From: an uncultured Anaerolineales bacterium
GTDB lineage: Bacteria; Chloroflexota; Anaerolineae; Anaerolineales; UBA11858
Length of the DNA: 64,000 bases
Reading direction: 5' to 3'
Assembly: GCA_964618295.1 (NCBI GenBank)
Contig: CAZTWV010000012.1
Coordinates: 929 to 64,928, forward strand
Shown here: one piece after another, positions 39,416 through 48,151 of the stretch
Layout of the letters: each line of letters opens with the position of its first letter
How positions within the stretch are numbered: position 1 is the stretch's first letter
The notes under the pieces: generated by a model
The model's database searches: none
Seen by the model: the letters and a program-made list of their open reading frames with translations, nothing else
Told to the model about the DNA's origin: nothing
Program-made: the position numbers and the translations under genes

Positions 39416-40858
39416 ATGGCTGAAATCCGACAATCAACAGCAATCTGGTGGATCCGGGGAGATCTGAGAATTAAAAATAACCCGGCTTTGAATCAAGCTT
39501 TAACAGCGGGATACAGTGTATTGCCATTATTTATTTTTGATCCAGTGATTGAAAATTCTTCCCGGATGGGATCGGTCCGGATGGGATTTCTTCAAGGGGG
39601 CTTGTTGAATCTCAAGGATAAAATTGAAAAGGCTGGAGGAAATTTGATTATTCGGCGGGGGCAGCCCAATTTAGTTCTCCAAGCAGTTCTGGAGGAAAGC
39701 GGTGCTGAAAAGATTTTCGCGGAAGGAGATCTGACACCCTACGCCCGGCGGCGAGACCGACAGGTTTCCAACCAGCTCCCCTTGGAACTGGTATCGAGGC
39801 CAACGTATTCGCCGCCGGATCAAATTACCGCCCAGAGCGGAAATCCATATCAAGTTTATTCCCATTACCGGAATAAATGGAAAGATCTGAATTTGAAAAA
39901 GCTCCGGGCCACCAGGCTGTCCAATCCTCCCCAGCATTTTTTTTCTGGAAATCTTACCGGATTGGAGCTTGAAGTGGATTTCGGAGATTATTCTGATTCT
40001 GGATTTGTTCCGGGTGAAGATGCCGCTCGTTCCGTTTTAGAAGATTTCACAGCAGGTGAAGATCCACCGGTCTATTCATACCGGGAGAAGCGAAATCGTC
40101 CGGACCTGAGCGGCACATCGCGGCTTTCCCCCTATCTTCACTTTGGAATGATCTCAATCACCGAAGCATTATTGGCTGCCCTGGAGGCGATGGATCGGTC
40201 TCAAAATCAAGCCCAGCTTCAGAGTGCTGAAACCTGGTTGGATGAATTAATTTGGCGGGAGTTTTTTCAATACATTCTTTATCATAATCCCCAGGTCCTG
40301 CGCCAGAGCTACCGGGAAAAGCTGGCAGCAATTCCCTGGAGGAATGATCGGGAAGAGTTTTTATGCTGGAAAGAGGGCAGAACCGGATTTCCGATTGTGG
40401 ATGCGGCAATGCGGCAGCTCTCCCGCGAAAATTGGATCCACAACCGGACCCGGATGGTCACGGCTTCCTTCCTGGTCAAGGATCTATTGATCGATTGGCG
40501 CTGGGGGGAGGACTGGTTTATGGAGAATCTGCTGGATGCTGATCTTGCGAGCAACAACGGCGGCTGGCAGTGGGTTGCCGGAACAGGCACGGATGCTGCG
40601 CCGTACTTCCGGATATTTAATCCAATCACCCAGGGAGAAAAGCACGATCCCCAGGGAAGATATATCCGCGAATATGTTCCGGAACTCCGTCAGGTTCCAG
40701 GCAGGTACATCCATCAGCCCTGGACAATGCCGGAAAGCGTTCAGCAGGAATCGAAGTGTGTGATCGGGAAAGATTACCCGCCCCCGATAGTAGAACACAG
40801 TCAAGCCCGGGAGCGAACTCTTGAGGCTTATCAGTTTGCGAAAAACAGCAGTTCATAG
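39416..40858 (+). CDS. phr: Deoxyribodipyrimidine photolyase / cryptochrome-family flavoprotein
   Basis: AIWWIRGDLRIKNNPAL N-terminal alpha/beta domain. FAD domain blocks SRLSPYLHFG, WREFF, DADLASNNGGWQWVAGTGTDAAPYFRIFNP. RBS GGAGAGGAGAG before ATG 39416. Confidence 0.9.
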   Translation: MAEIRQSTAIWWIRGDLRIKNNPALNQALTAGYSVLPLFIFDPVIENSSRMGSVRMGFLQGGLLNLKDKIEKAGGNLIIRRGQPNLVLQAVLEESGAEKIFAEGDLTPYARRRDRQVSNQLPLELVSRPTYSPPDQITAQSGNPYQVYSHYRNKWKDLNLKKLRATRLSNPPQHFFSGNLTGLELEVDFGDYSDSGFVPGEDAARSVLEDFTAGEDPPVYSYREKRNRPDLSGTSRLSPYLHFGMISITEALLAALEAMDRSQNQAQLQSAETWLDELIWREFFQYILYHNPQVLRQSYREKLAAIPWRNDREEFLCWKEGRTGFPIVDAAMRQLSRENWIHNRTRMVTASFLVKDLLIDWRWGEDWFMENLLDADLASNNGGWQWVAGTGTDAAPYFRIFNPITQGEKHDPQGRYIREYVPELRQVPGRYIHQPWTMPESVQQESKCVIGKDYPPPIVEHSQARERTLEAYQFAKNSSS

Positions 40859-40907
40859 TGGTTTAGATTTCGAGAAGCAGATAACAATATAGCGACAAGG
40901 AGTAAAT

Positions 40908-41909
40908 ATGATTCTAAATCAATGGTATGCAGTCCTGGAGTCACGAGAAATTCCCTCTGGAAAACCGATTGGCGTGACCCGGATGGGTGAGAAGCTGGTA
41001 TTCTGGAGGACATCAGATGGAGATTTGTTCTGTTTTAAGAATGCCTGTCCCCACCGCGGAGCCGCACTGAGCACCGGTCTGATTATCGATGATCACCTGC
41101 AGTGTCCTTTTCACGGCTTTGAATTTGATTCCAGCGGACAATGTGTTAAGATCCCGGCCCTGGGAGAGGATGCCCAGCCTCCCAAAGCCATGAAAGCTCC
41201 TGGCTACCCTGTCCGGGAAAAATTTGGGTTTGTCTGGTTGTGGTGGGGTGAACCCCGGAGCAGCTATCCGGAGATTGAATTTTTTGAGTCGATTGATGAT
41301 GAGTTCAGTTATGTCACGGTTTGTGATCACTGGGAAACTCATTATTCCAGAGCCGTTGAAAATCAGCTGGATGTTGTCCACCTTCCTTTCATCCATCGGA
41401 CTACGATTGGGAGGGGAAATAAAACTGTGGTTGACGGCCCGATTAAGGAATGGGTTTGCGAGATGGATGACTGCGGGGTTTTAAATATCTGGGTATTGAA
41501 CCGCAAAGATAATGGAAAACCCGCCCGCAAGGAGCGGGATCTGGAAATACCCGACCGCAAACCATCCCTCCAGTTTCGGTATCCAAATGTCTGGCATAAT
41601 TGGATTGGGGAGCAAATTCGGGTAACGGCAGCCTTTGCTCCGGTTGACGATCAAAACACGCTGCTATACCTGCGCTACTACCAAAAAATAACCAATTTTC
41701 CGATATTGAAGCAGCTGATCGGGCTGTTGGGGCGAGTTGGGGTTCGGGTCATCACCAACCAGGACCGCTGGATTGTAGAGACCCAGATCCCAAAGAAATC
41801 CGGACTGAAAATCGGGGAGACCCTGATTCCGGGGGACAGTCCGATTATTGAATACCGCAGAATGAGAGATCAACTTCAAAAAGATGCAGAAATCAGGATC
41901 AAACAATGA
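40908..41909 (+). CDS. Rieske [2Fe-2S] non-haem-iron oxygenase (PaO/KshA-like alpha subunit)
   Basis: CPHRGAAL...CPFHGFEF Rieske ligands. Mononuclear iron motif ENQLDVVHLPFIH. AAGGAG RBS. Confidence 0.8.
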   Translation: MILNQWYAVLESREIPSGKPIGVTRMGEKLVFWRTSDGDLFCFKNACPHRGAALSTGLIIDDHLQCPFHGFEFDSSGQCVKIPALGEDAQPPKAMKAPGYPVREKFGFVWLWWGEPRSSYPEIEFFESIDDEFSYVTVCDHWETHYSRAVENQLDVVHLPFIHRTTIGRGNKTVVDGPIKEWVCEMDDCGVLNIWVLNRKDNGKPARKERDLEIPDRKPSLQFRYPNVWHNWIGEQIRVTAAFAPVDDQNTLLYLRYYQKITNFPILKQLIGLLGRVGVRVITNQDRWIVETQIPKKSGLKIGETLIPGDSPIIEYRRMRDQLQKDAEIRIKQ

Positions 41910-42919
41910 CAGCGACTTCGAATCAAGAACGTGTTCAAAGACAGGATCTCCGGGCTCTTTATGCGGGAATCCTTGTAAGTTTATTTTTTACCGGGCTGAT
42001 CTGGTGGGGAGGAAGAGCCCTTGAAAATATCCGTTTGCTCCCGGACCAAGGTGCTTCCTGGTACTACTGGAAGCTTCCAGAACCTACCTTCTGGACCCGG
42101 GCAACTGCCTGGGGTTTTTATGCCCTGCATCAAGTGGGATTATGGGGTTTGATTTATTTTGCCCAGACCCGGGTTAAAAAATATTCGCGGAAACTGCAAC
42201 GGGTCAATTTCTGGGCCCTGGGCTGGAATGTGTTTTTCATTTTGCTGCATTTTGTCCAAACCCAGATCTGGTATGACGGCTTAGCCCAGGATGTATCAAT
42301 CTGGAGTTCTCAGGCATCTGTCGTGCTGCTGCTGGTTTGGGTGCTGCTGATGGAAAATCAGCGGCGGGGGTTATTTTTCGGGCAAAAAATTCCCTTTCCA
42401 AAGCGAATTGGACGCTTTGCCAGGAAGTATCACGGCTACTTTTTTGCCTGGGCGATTGTTTATACCTTCTGGTATCACCCCATGGTTTCCACTTCGGGAC
42501 ACCTGTGGGGTTTCTTTTACATGTTTTTATTGATGCTCCAGGGAAGTTTGTTTTTCACCAGGATCCATCTTAATAAATACTGGACGTTTCTTCAGGAAGC
42601 GATGGTGCTGGTGCACGGTACTTTGGTTGCTGTGATGCAGGGAAATAATCTCTGGCCGATGTTTGCCTTTGGTTTTGGAGGAATGCTGGTGATCACCCAG
42701 CTGTATGGGCTCGGTTTAAAAGCCTGGCAGCGCTGGGTGGTCCTCGGAGTTTACATTGCAGCAGTGATTGGTGTCTACAGCCAGCGTGGGTTGAGCATGC
42801 TGAATGAGATAGTCCGGATCCCTGCTATAGAATATTTGCTGGTTTTTGCCCTGGCTGGAGCGATTGGGCTCGGGCTGTGGATTAATGAGCAGCTGAAGAA
42901 ATCAGGGGCCGAAAACTGA
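41906..42919 (+). CDS. Polytopic membrane protein of unknown function, translationally coupled to the Rieske oxygenase
   Basis: 337 aa with about 8 hydrophobic helices, Trp/His-rich (WYYWKLPEP, HFVQTQIWYDG, FWYHPMVSTSGH). ATGA overlap with the upstream gene. Confidence 0.6.
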   Translation: MTATSNQERVQRQDLRALYAGILVSLFFTGLIWWGGRALENIRLLPDQGASWYYWKLPEPTFWTRATAWGFYALHQVGLWGLIYFAQTRVKKYSRKLQRVNFWALGWNVFFILLHFVQTQIWYDGLAQDVSIWSSQASVVLLLVWVLLMENQRRGLFFGQKIPFPKRIGRFARKYHGYFFAWAIVYTFWYHPMVSTSGHLWGFFYMFLLMLQGSLFFTRIHLNKYWTFLQEAMVLVHGTLVAVMQGNNLWPMFAFGFGGMLVITQLYGLGLKAWQRWVVLGVYIAAVIGVYSQRGLSMLNEIVRIPAIEYLLVFALAGAIGLGLWINEQLKKSGAEN

Positions 42920-42952
42920 AGATTGAATTCCCGACCAAAACAGAAGAACTAT

Positions 42953-43528
42953 TTAGATCTGCTGGCTGGCGATGAAGTTCATCAAAGCCCGGGTCAGGAG
43001 GGTGTCGTCCTTTGCTCTGTGCGAATTGGGCAGTGGGATCCCGGCTTCCTGCCCGGCTTTTTCAAGTGAAATCCAGCGGTAATCACCCGTTCGGGGATTC
43101 CACTCTCCCCTGAACTGGGCGTAAATTTTCATCACGTCGAAAAACTCGGTCCCGGGAGGGATTTTCCATTTCATCCAGTTCTGCTGGTGGGTCTGGCGGA
43201 TCAGTTTGAGATCAAATTCTGCATTGTACATTCCAACCGGTCTCCCGCTGAGGGCAGATTCGACCTTCGGCCAGAACTCATTCCAGTCCGGGGCACCAGC
43301 AGTCATCTCCCGGGAGATACCATGAATATTCACTGCCTGGTGTGGAATTTCCCGATGGGTCTTGATCAATGAATCTGCCAGTGTCGATCCATCCTGGGCG
43401 ACCACAGCAATTTCAACGACCACATCACCGGGTCCAACTCCAGTTGTTTCCGTATCAAGATAAACAGGATTCTGGTTGATCCAGTCCCGTGCCAGGACAA
43501 CTGCCTGTTGTTTTGCTAGTGACATCAT
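42953..43528 (-). CDS. DEDD-family 3'-5' exonuclease (DnaQ-like)
   Basis: ExoI YLDTETTG, ExoII-like [10 protein letters not shown], Exo[13 protein letters not shown]. Confidence 0.75.
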   Translation of the reverse strand: MMSLAKQQAVVLARDWINQNPVYLDTETTGVGPGDVVVEIAVVAQDGSTLADSLIKTHREIPHQAVNIHGISREMTAGAPDWNEFWPKVESALSGRPVGMYNAEFDLKLIRQTHQQNWMKWKIPPGTEFFDVMKIYAQFRGEWNPRTGDYRWISLEKAGQEAGIPLPNSHRAKDDTLLTRALMNFIASQQI

Positions 43529-45567
43529 TGATTAAGAATTTCGATCAGATCTTCTTTTGTAGTTACCGGTTCAAGACAGACATAATCACGGCATAAGTAT
43601 ACAGTAGAACGGTTCTGAACGGGAGGGCGGTTCTGAAGAATTTCAGGGGCGGAGGCCTCTATCGGAGGATTTCCCTGGGCCAGGATGCTCCGAGGACGAT
43701 ATTCCTGATTGATTGCTGCAAGCAAAATTTGCATTTCCTGGTCTTCCAGAAGGCCGATCAGCGCCAGTTCATTCCGGGGTCCGACGAATAAATCAGCAGC
43801 CTGGAGCCATTTTCCATAACCTAGAGGGGAAAGAGCCATTTTTTCCCTCATCGCGAGAATGGTTTCCTCGGCAATTTCCTGCCATTCATAATTCATTGTG
43901 TAACCGCTCATCTGGAGCAGGACGTACGATGCCTGGCTGGCACCGGATGGAACCGCATTATCCTGTTTGTTTCTGGGCCTGTAGATTAATTCCGGGTGGT
44001 CCTGACCGGTATCATAGAAGCCGTTTTCGGGGGAGTAAAACAATCGAATCATCTCTTCTGTCAGTTCAACTGCTGCTTCATACCACCGCTGCTGGAAGTC
44101 CGCTTGATAAAGGGCAATCAAGCCCCCGATTAAAGCGCTGTGGTCTTCCAGGTAAGCCAGATGCTGGGCGGATCCGTTTCTCCAGGATCGGAGCAGCCTT
44201 CCCTGGTCGTTGATTAGATTCTCCAGGATAAAATCTGCATTTTTGGCGGCTGTTTCCAGATAGTCCTCGCGCTCAAGATATCTGCCTGCATTTGCAAAAG
44301 CGGTGAGTGCCAGACCATTCCAGGCGACAAGAACCTTGTCATCCAGGGCTGGACGGATTCGTTTTTTCCGAGCTTCGAGGAGCCGATTTTTGAGATCTTT
44401 GATTCGGGATTTGATCGTTTCCAGCGGTACATTAAATAAGTCCGATATTTCCTGATCTGTCTGCTTTCTCCGGAGGATAATTTTCCCTTCAAAGTTGCCT
44501 CCCGCTGGCAGCGTAAAGGCTGCTTCCGCTGTTGAAAAAAGGGCATCATCCTCAAGTATGGATTGAATTTCCTGCAAATCCCAGATGTAATACTTTCCTT
44601 CCTGACCTTCTGAATCGGCATCCAGCGAGGAGTAAAATCCCCCCTGCGGATCCCGCAGTTCGCCCTGGATGAAATCAAGGGTTTCCGTGCTGATCTGCCG
44701 CTGGAATTGCTTTCCGGTGATCAGATATGCCTGGAGGTAAACATTACTCAGAATGGCATTGTCATAGAGCATCTTCTCAAAATGAGGGATAAGCCAGCGG
44801 GGGTCTACACTGTAGCGTGAAAATCCGCCCCCCAGGAGATCATACATCCCACCCCGAGCCATGGCTGAAAGGGCATGGGTGGTGAGCTTTTCAGCTTCTT
44901 CACTCCCCCGGGATTGCATCCGAAGCAGAAATTCCAGGGCCATCCCCATTGGAAATTTAGGCGCTCCTCCCCAGCCGCCGTGGTCCCAATCATACCCTTT
45001 GTACAGATTCCGGGTGATCTCGTGCAGATCCTCAAGCTCAAGGGTTGAATCCTCGATTGAATCCTCACTTTCTGGTTCAAGATGAGCTGTAATCTGGTCC
45101 GCGCTGTTCAGGAGTTTATCCGGATCTTCCTTCCAGAGTTTCGCAACTGTTGCTAAGACCTGCAAAAATGAAGGCAGGTTGTGTCTGGGTTCGGGGGGAA
45201 AATAAGTCCCGCCGTAGAAGGGTTTTCCCTCCGGCGAAAGGAAAACACTCATCGGCCATCCCCCCTGTCCGGTCAAAGCGACCACCGCCTGCATATAGAT
45301 TGAATCCAGGTCCGGGCGTTCTTCCCGGTCCACTTTGATATTAATAAAATGGGTATTCAGGTAGTCCGCTGTTTCCTGGTCTTCGAAGGATTCATGCGCC
45401 ATCACGTGGCACCAGTGGCAGGCTGCATATCCGATGCTTAAAAAGATCGGTTTGTTCTCCTCCTGAGCCAGTGCTAAGGCATCCTTCCCCCAAGGCTGCC
45501 AGTGGACCGGGTTATCTGCATGCTGGATTAAGTAGGGAGAATTTTCACTTTTTAATAAGTTTTTCAC
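43525..45567 (-). CDS. Thioredoxin-fold + (alpha/alpha)6-barrel protein (DUF255/YyaL family)
   Basis: [18 protein letters not shown]...[25 protein letters not shown] signature, then an N-acylglucosamine-2-epimerase-like repeat region. GTG 45567 is preceded by AAGGA. The longer ORF (to 45645) is probably an over-extension. Confidence 0.8.
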   Translation of the reverse strand: MKNLLKSENSPYLIQHADNPVHWQPWGKDALALAQEENKPIFLSIGYAACHWCHVMAHESFEDQETADYLNTHFINIKVDREERPDLDSIYMQAVVALTGQGGWPMSVFLSPEGKPFYGGTYFPPEPRHNLPSFLQVLATVAKLWKEDPDKLLNSADQITAHLEPESEDSIEDSTLELEDLHEITRNLYKGYDWDHGGWGGAPKFPMGMALEFLLRMQSRGSEEAEKLTTHALSAMARGGMYDLLGGGFSRYSVDPRWLIPHFEKMLYDNAILSNVYLQAYLITGKQFQRQISTETLDFIQGELRDPQGGFYSSLDADSEGQEGKYYIWDLQEIQSILEDDALFSTAEAAFTLPAGGNFEGKIILRRKQTDQEISDLFNVPLETIKSRIKDLKNRLLEARKKRIRPALDDKVLVAWNGLALTAFANAGRYLEREDYLETAAKNADFILENLINDQGRLLRSWRNGSAQHLAYLEDHSALIGGLIALYQADFQQRWYEAAVELTEEMIRLFYSPENGFYDTGQDHPELIYRPRNKQDNAVPSGASQASYVLLQMSGYTMNYEWQEIAEETILAMREKMALSPLGYGKWLQAADLFVGPRNELALIGLLEDQEMQILLAAINQEYRPRSILAQGNPPIEASAPEILQNRPPVQNRSTVYLCRDYVCLEPVTTKEDLIEILNQ

Positions 45568-45690
45568 AGAAATAATCCTTTTGTTAAGTGCAAACAGCCA
45601 AAATATACATGGTAAGATTTGAATTCTAAAAGTAACAAAGTCCAAATTAGTTATCTGGACATTACAGATTTGTTATTTCTTGAATTCTAA

Positions 45691-45718
45691 TTGACGATGA
45701 TTTAAGCTCTGCTATAAT
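45691..45718 (+). promoter_or_regulatory. Sigma-70-type promoter of the TadE-like locus (TTGACG-16 nt-TATAAT)
   Basis: TTGACG 45691-45696 and TATAAT 45713-45718. A tandem CTAATCA CTAATCA (45723-45736) sits right after the -10, around the expected transcription start. Confidence 0.6.
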
Positions 45719-45750
45719 GAAGCTAATCACTAATCAACGGATGGGTTGAT

Positions 45751-46476
45751 ATGTCACAATCTTACAGACCCGGTCGATCAAGCAAAGGACAGAGTTTTGT
45801 TGAGCTGGCAATCGTCCTGCCGCTCTTGCTGTTTTTGCTGATTGGCTTTGTTGAAATTGGCGGGATTATATATCATTATCTATCCATGCTGGACGTTGCC
45901 CGGGAGGCAGCTCGTTTTGCGTCAGAACATGATTACCGGGTTCTGAATGCACCAGGTACGGGATTGCCCGACAGTGCCTGCACCGATACGGATGTCCATT
46001 ATTTCTATGACACCGCCTGTGTGATCATCGGGGCTGGCTTCAACCCGGATCTGCAGCTGGATCCCGCTACAGATGATGTCGCGATTTCTGTTTTCACCGT
46101 CAACAATAACACGGTAACCCATCGCTGGCCGAATGATGGGGATGGGGTCTGGTCGCTTTATTCAGAGAACTGGACCAAGAATTGTGATGGGAGCCTCAAC
46201 TCGACCACGCCGTTCATGACCAATGCGGAGATGGCAAGTATCTATGCTTTACCTACACCAACCTTTGGTCCAGGCACACCCACTCCTGGGGCGGGAACTC
46301 CAATACCAGCAGCACCTGCAGATAAAGGAGCAGTTGTTGTGGAAGTTTATTACTGTCATGAGCAGATTTTGAACCTGCCGGTTTTGTCTTCAATAATACC
46401 AAACCCAGTCCCGCTGCATGCTTTTGCGGTGATGCCAGCCCCGGCGGCTGCACCCACTCCCACACCGCTTCCTTAA
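45751..46476 (+). CDS. TadE-like pseudopilin-type protein
   Basis: The N-terminus KGQSFVELAIVLPLLLFLLIGFVEIGG has a G/xxxxE prepilin-peptidase-type site and a TadE hydrophobic helix. It is followed by ARFAS. The C-terminus is Pro/Thr/Ala-rich. Confidence 0.72.
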   Translation: MSQSYRPGRSSKGQSFVELAIVLPLLLFLLIGFVEIGGIIYHYLSMLDVAREAARFASEHDYRVLNAPGTGLPDSACTDTDVHYFYDTACVIIGAGFNPDLQLDPATDDVAISVFTVNNNTVTHRWPNDGDGVWSLYSENWTKNCDGSLNSTTPFMTNAEMASIYALPTPTFGPGTPTPGAGTPIPAAPADKGAVVVEVYYCHEQILNLPVLSSIIPNPVPLHAFAVMPAPAAAPTPTPLP

Positions 46477-46488
46477 GGTGGATTAGAT

Positions 46489-48072
46489 ATGAAGAAAATC
46501 ATCTCCAGGGTATTCCAAAAAATCACAAACGGTTCAGAACAGGAACGCGGCCAGGCGGTCGTGATCACTGCGGTTGCCTTTCTGGCCATCCTGGCTTTTG
46601 CCGGCTTGGTGACAGACGCTGGATCGTTGTATTTGAATTTCACCCGGCTCAAGAGAGGGCTGGATGCTGCAGCGGTGGCAGCCGCAAATAATATTAAAGA
46701 TTCATCTCTTCCAGCTGCCCAGCGCAGCGCAAACATCCGGGAGGCTGCCCGGGAGATGCTGGCTTTGAATGATATTGAGGGAATTTACACCCTGCGGACC
46801 TTTACCTGTGATGACGGCGGCTTGCCGGCTGATTTTGCTGCGATGTGTCCTGCGCCAACTGAAGATCAGCGCAAGCTGGCATATGTGGAAGCTACTCAGA
46901 ACAGTCCGGTTTATTTTTTACAGCTGTTCGGAATCGATGACATTCCTATCACTACCCATTCGGTGGGAGAAGCAGCTTCGATTGATCTCGTCCTGGTGAT
47001 CGACACCTCGGAATCGATGGGGTCCAACACTGCAGGATATGATGCTAATTTTGATCCGGCAGCCTGCAATGCGGCTAATAACTGCCAACCGCTGCGCCAG
47101 GCGAAAGATGCAGCAAAATCGATGATTAACAAGCTGTTTGACGGCTACGATCGGATTGCAATTGTCACCTACGATTTCAGCGCGACGATTCATGACCCGG
47201 ATTTGTCATCAGCTACCGTTCTGGAATCTGATCACACAGCGGTCAAAGGCGCGATTGATGCCATCACTTTGCATGATGATGTCAATTTGAATGATATTAT
47301 CGCCACCGGTAAGAATCCTATCAACGGGGAGTTAAACCCGCTGGATATCAACGGGGATGGCACCTATGTGGGGGGTGTTCCCCAGAACTTTGGGGATTCA
47401 ATTGTTACTACCTGCACCGGCTGTGGAATGCGGGTTGCCGGGAATATCCTGAGTGATCAGGGGAGGGTAGATTCTGTCTGGGTCATTGTGCTGCTGTCGG
47501 ATGGGGCGACCAATGTCAGTGATCTGCCGGACTCGAGCGATGTGAACAACCCGGTACCTGCTGGATACATTAACGGCTTTTGCGGTGGAGACCCCGGGTT
47601 TCCAAATCCAAACCGGATGTGGGATACTCCCTGGTGCACGGACAGCGATCCCTCCACCCGGCACTGCGGCCCTTTCCATGCAGCAGCTGGGGAATGCCCG
47701 CCCGGAGCCACCTGGGTCGGAAACAACACTCCTCCTTATGATGCTGAGGATTACGCCCGGGATATCACCGACCGGGTTGCGCTGCTCGGGTCCACCAATC
47801 CCAGTGAGCCGGTTGGAGGCGAGGAAATTGCCATATATACCATTGGGTTGGGAGTAGCTGCATCCCCACCGGATTATGATGGAGAGGAACTGCTGCGCTA
47901 CATGGCTAATATCGGGGATGATAATTTCAGGAATCCAGCTGCCTCCGACCCCTGCGATGGAGCGGCTCCACAGACATCCTGCGGGCAGTATTATTATGCC
48001 CCGGATGCGACCTATCTGACCCAGATTTTTGAGAAAATCGCCGGCAGCATTTTCACCCGGATCAGCCAGTAA
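46489..48072 (+). CDS. TadG-like protein with a von Willebrand factor A domain
   Basis: N-terminus ERGQAVVITAVAFLAILAFAGLVTDAGSLY (TadG/Flp-assembly-like). vWA MIDAS motif VLVIDTSESMG. AAGGTGGA RBS. Confidence 0.72.
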   Translation: MKKIISRVFQKITNGSEQERGQAVVITAVAFLAILAFAGLVTDAGSLYLNFTRLKRGLDAAAVAAANNIKDSSLPAAQRSANIREAAREMLALNDIEGIYTLRTFTCDDGGLPADFAAMCPAPTEDQRKLAYVEATQNSPVYFLQLFGIDDIPITTHSVGEAASIDLVLVIDTSESMGSNTAGYDANFDPAACNAANNCQPLRQAKDAAKSMINKLFDGYDRIAIVTYDFSATIHDPDLSSATVLESDHTAVKGAIDAITLHDDVNLNDIIATGKNPINGELNPLDINGDGTYVGGVPQNFGDSIVTTCTGCGMRVAGNILSDQGRVDSVWVIVLLSDGATNVSDLPDSSDVNNPVPAGYINGFCGGDPGFPNPNRMWDTPWCTDSDPSTRHCGPFHAAAGECPPGATWVGNNTPPYDAEDYARDITDRVALLGSTNPSEPVGGEEIAIYTIGLGVAASPPDYDGEELLRYMANIGDDNFRNPAASDPCDGAAPQTSCGQYYYAPDATYLTQIFEKIAGSIFTRISQ

Positions 48073-48107
48073 ACATGTCTGGACAATCTAGCAATATCTC
48101 TTTTTTG

Positions 48108-48116
48108 TGATATAAT
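48108..48116 (+). promoter_or_regulatory. Candidate extended -10 promoter (TGaTATAAT)
   Basis: TGATATAAT lies 36 nt upstream of ATG 48152. No good -35. Confidence 0.35.
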
Positions 48117-48151
48117 GGCAAGAAGATAACCACACACACAAAAAGAGAAAT

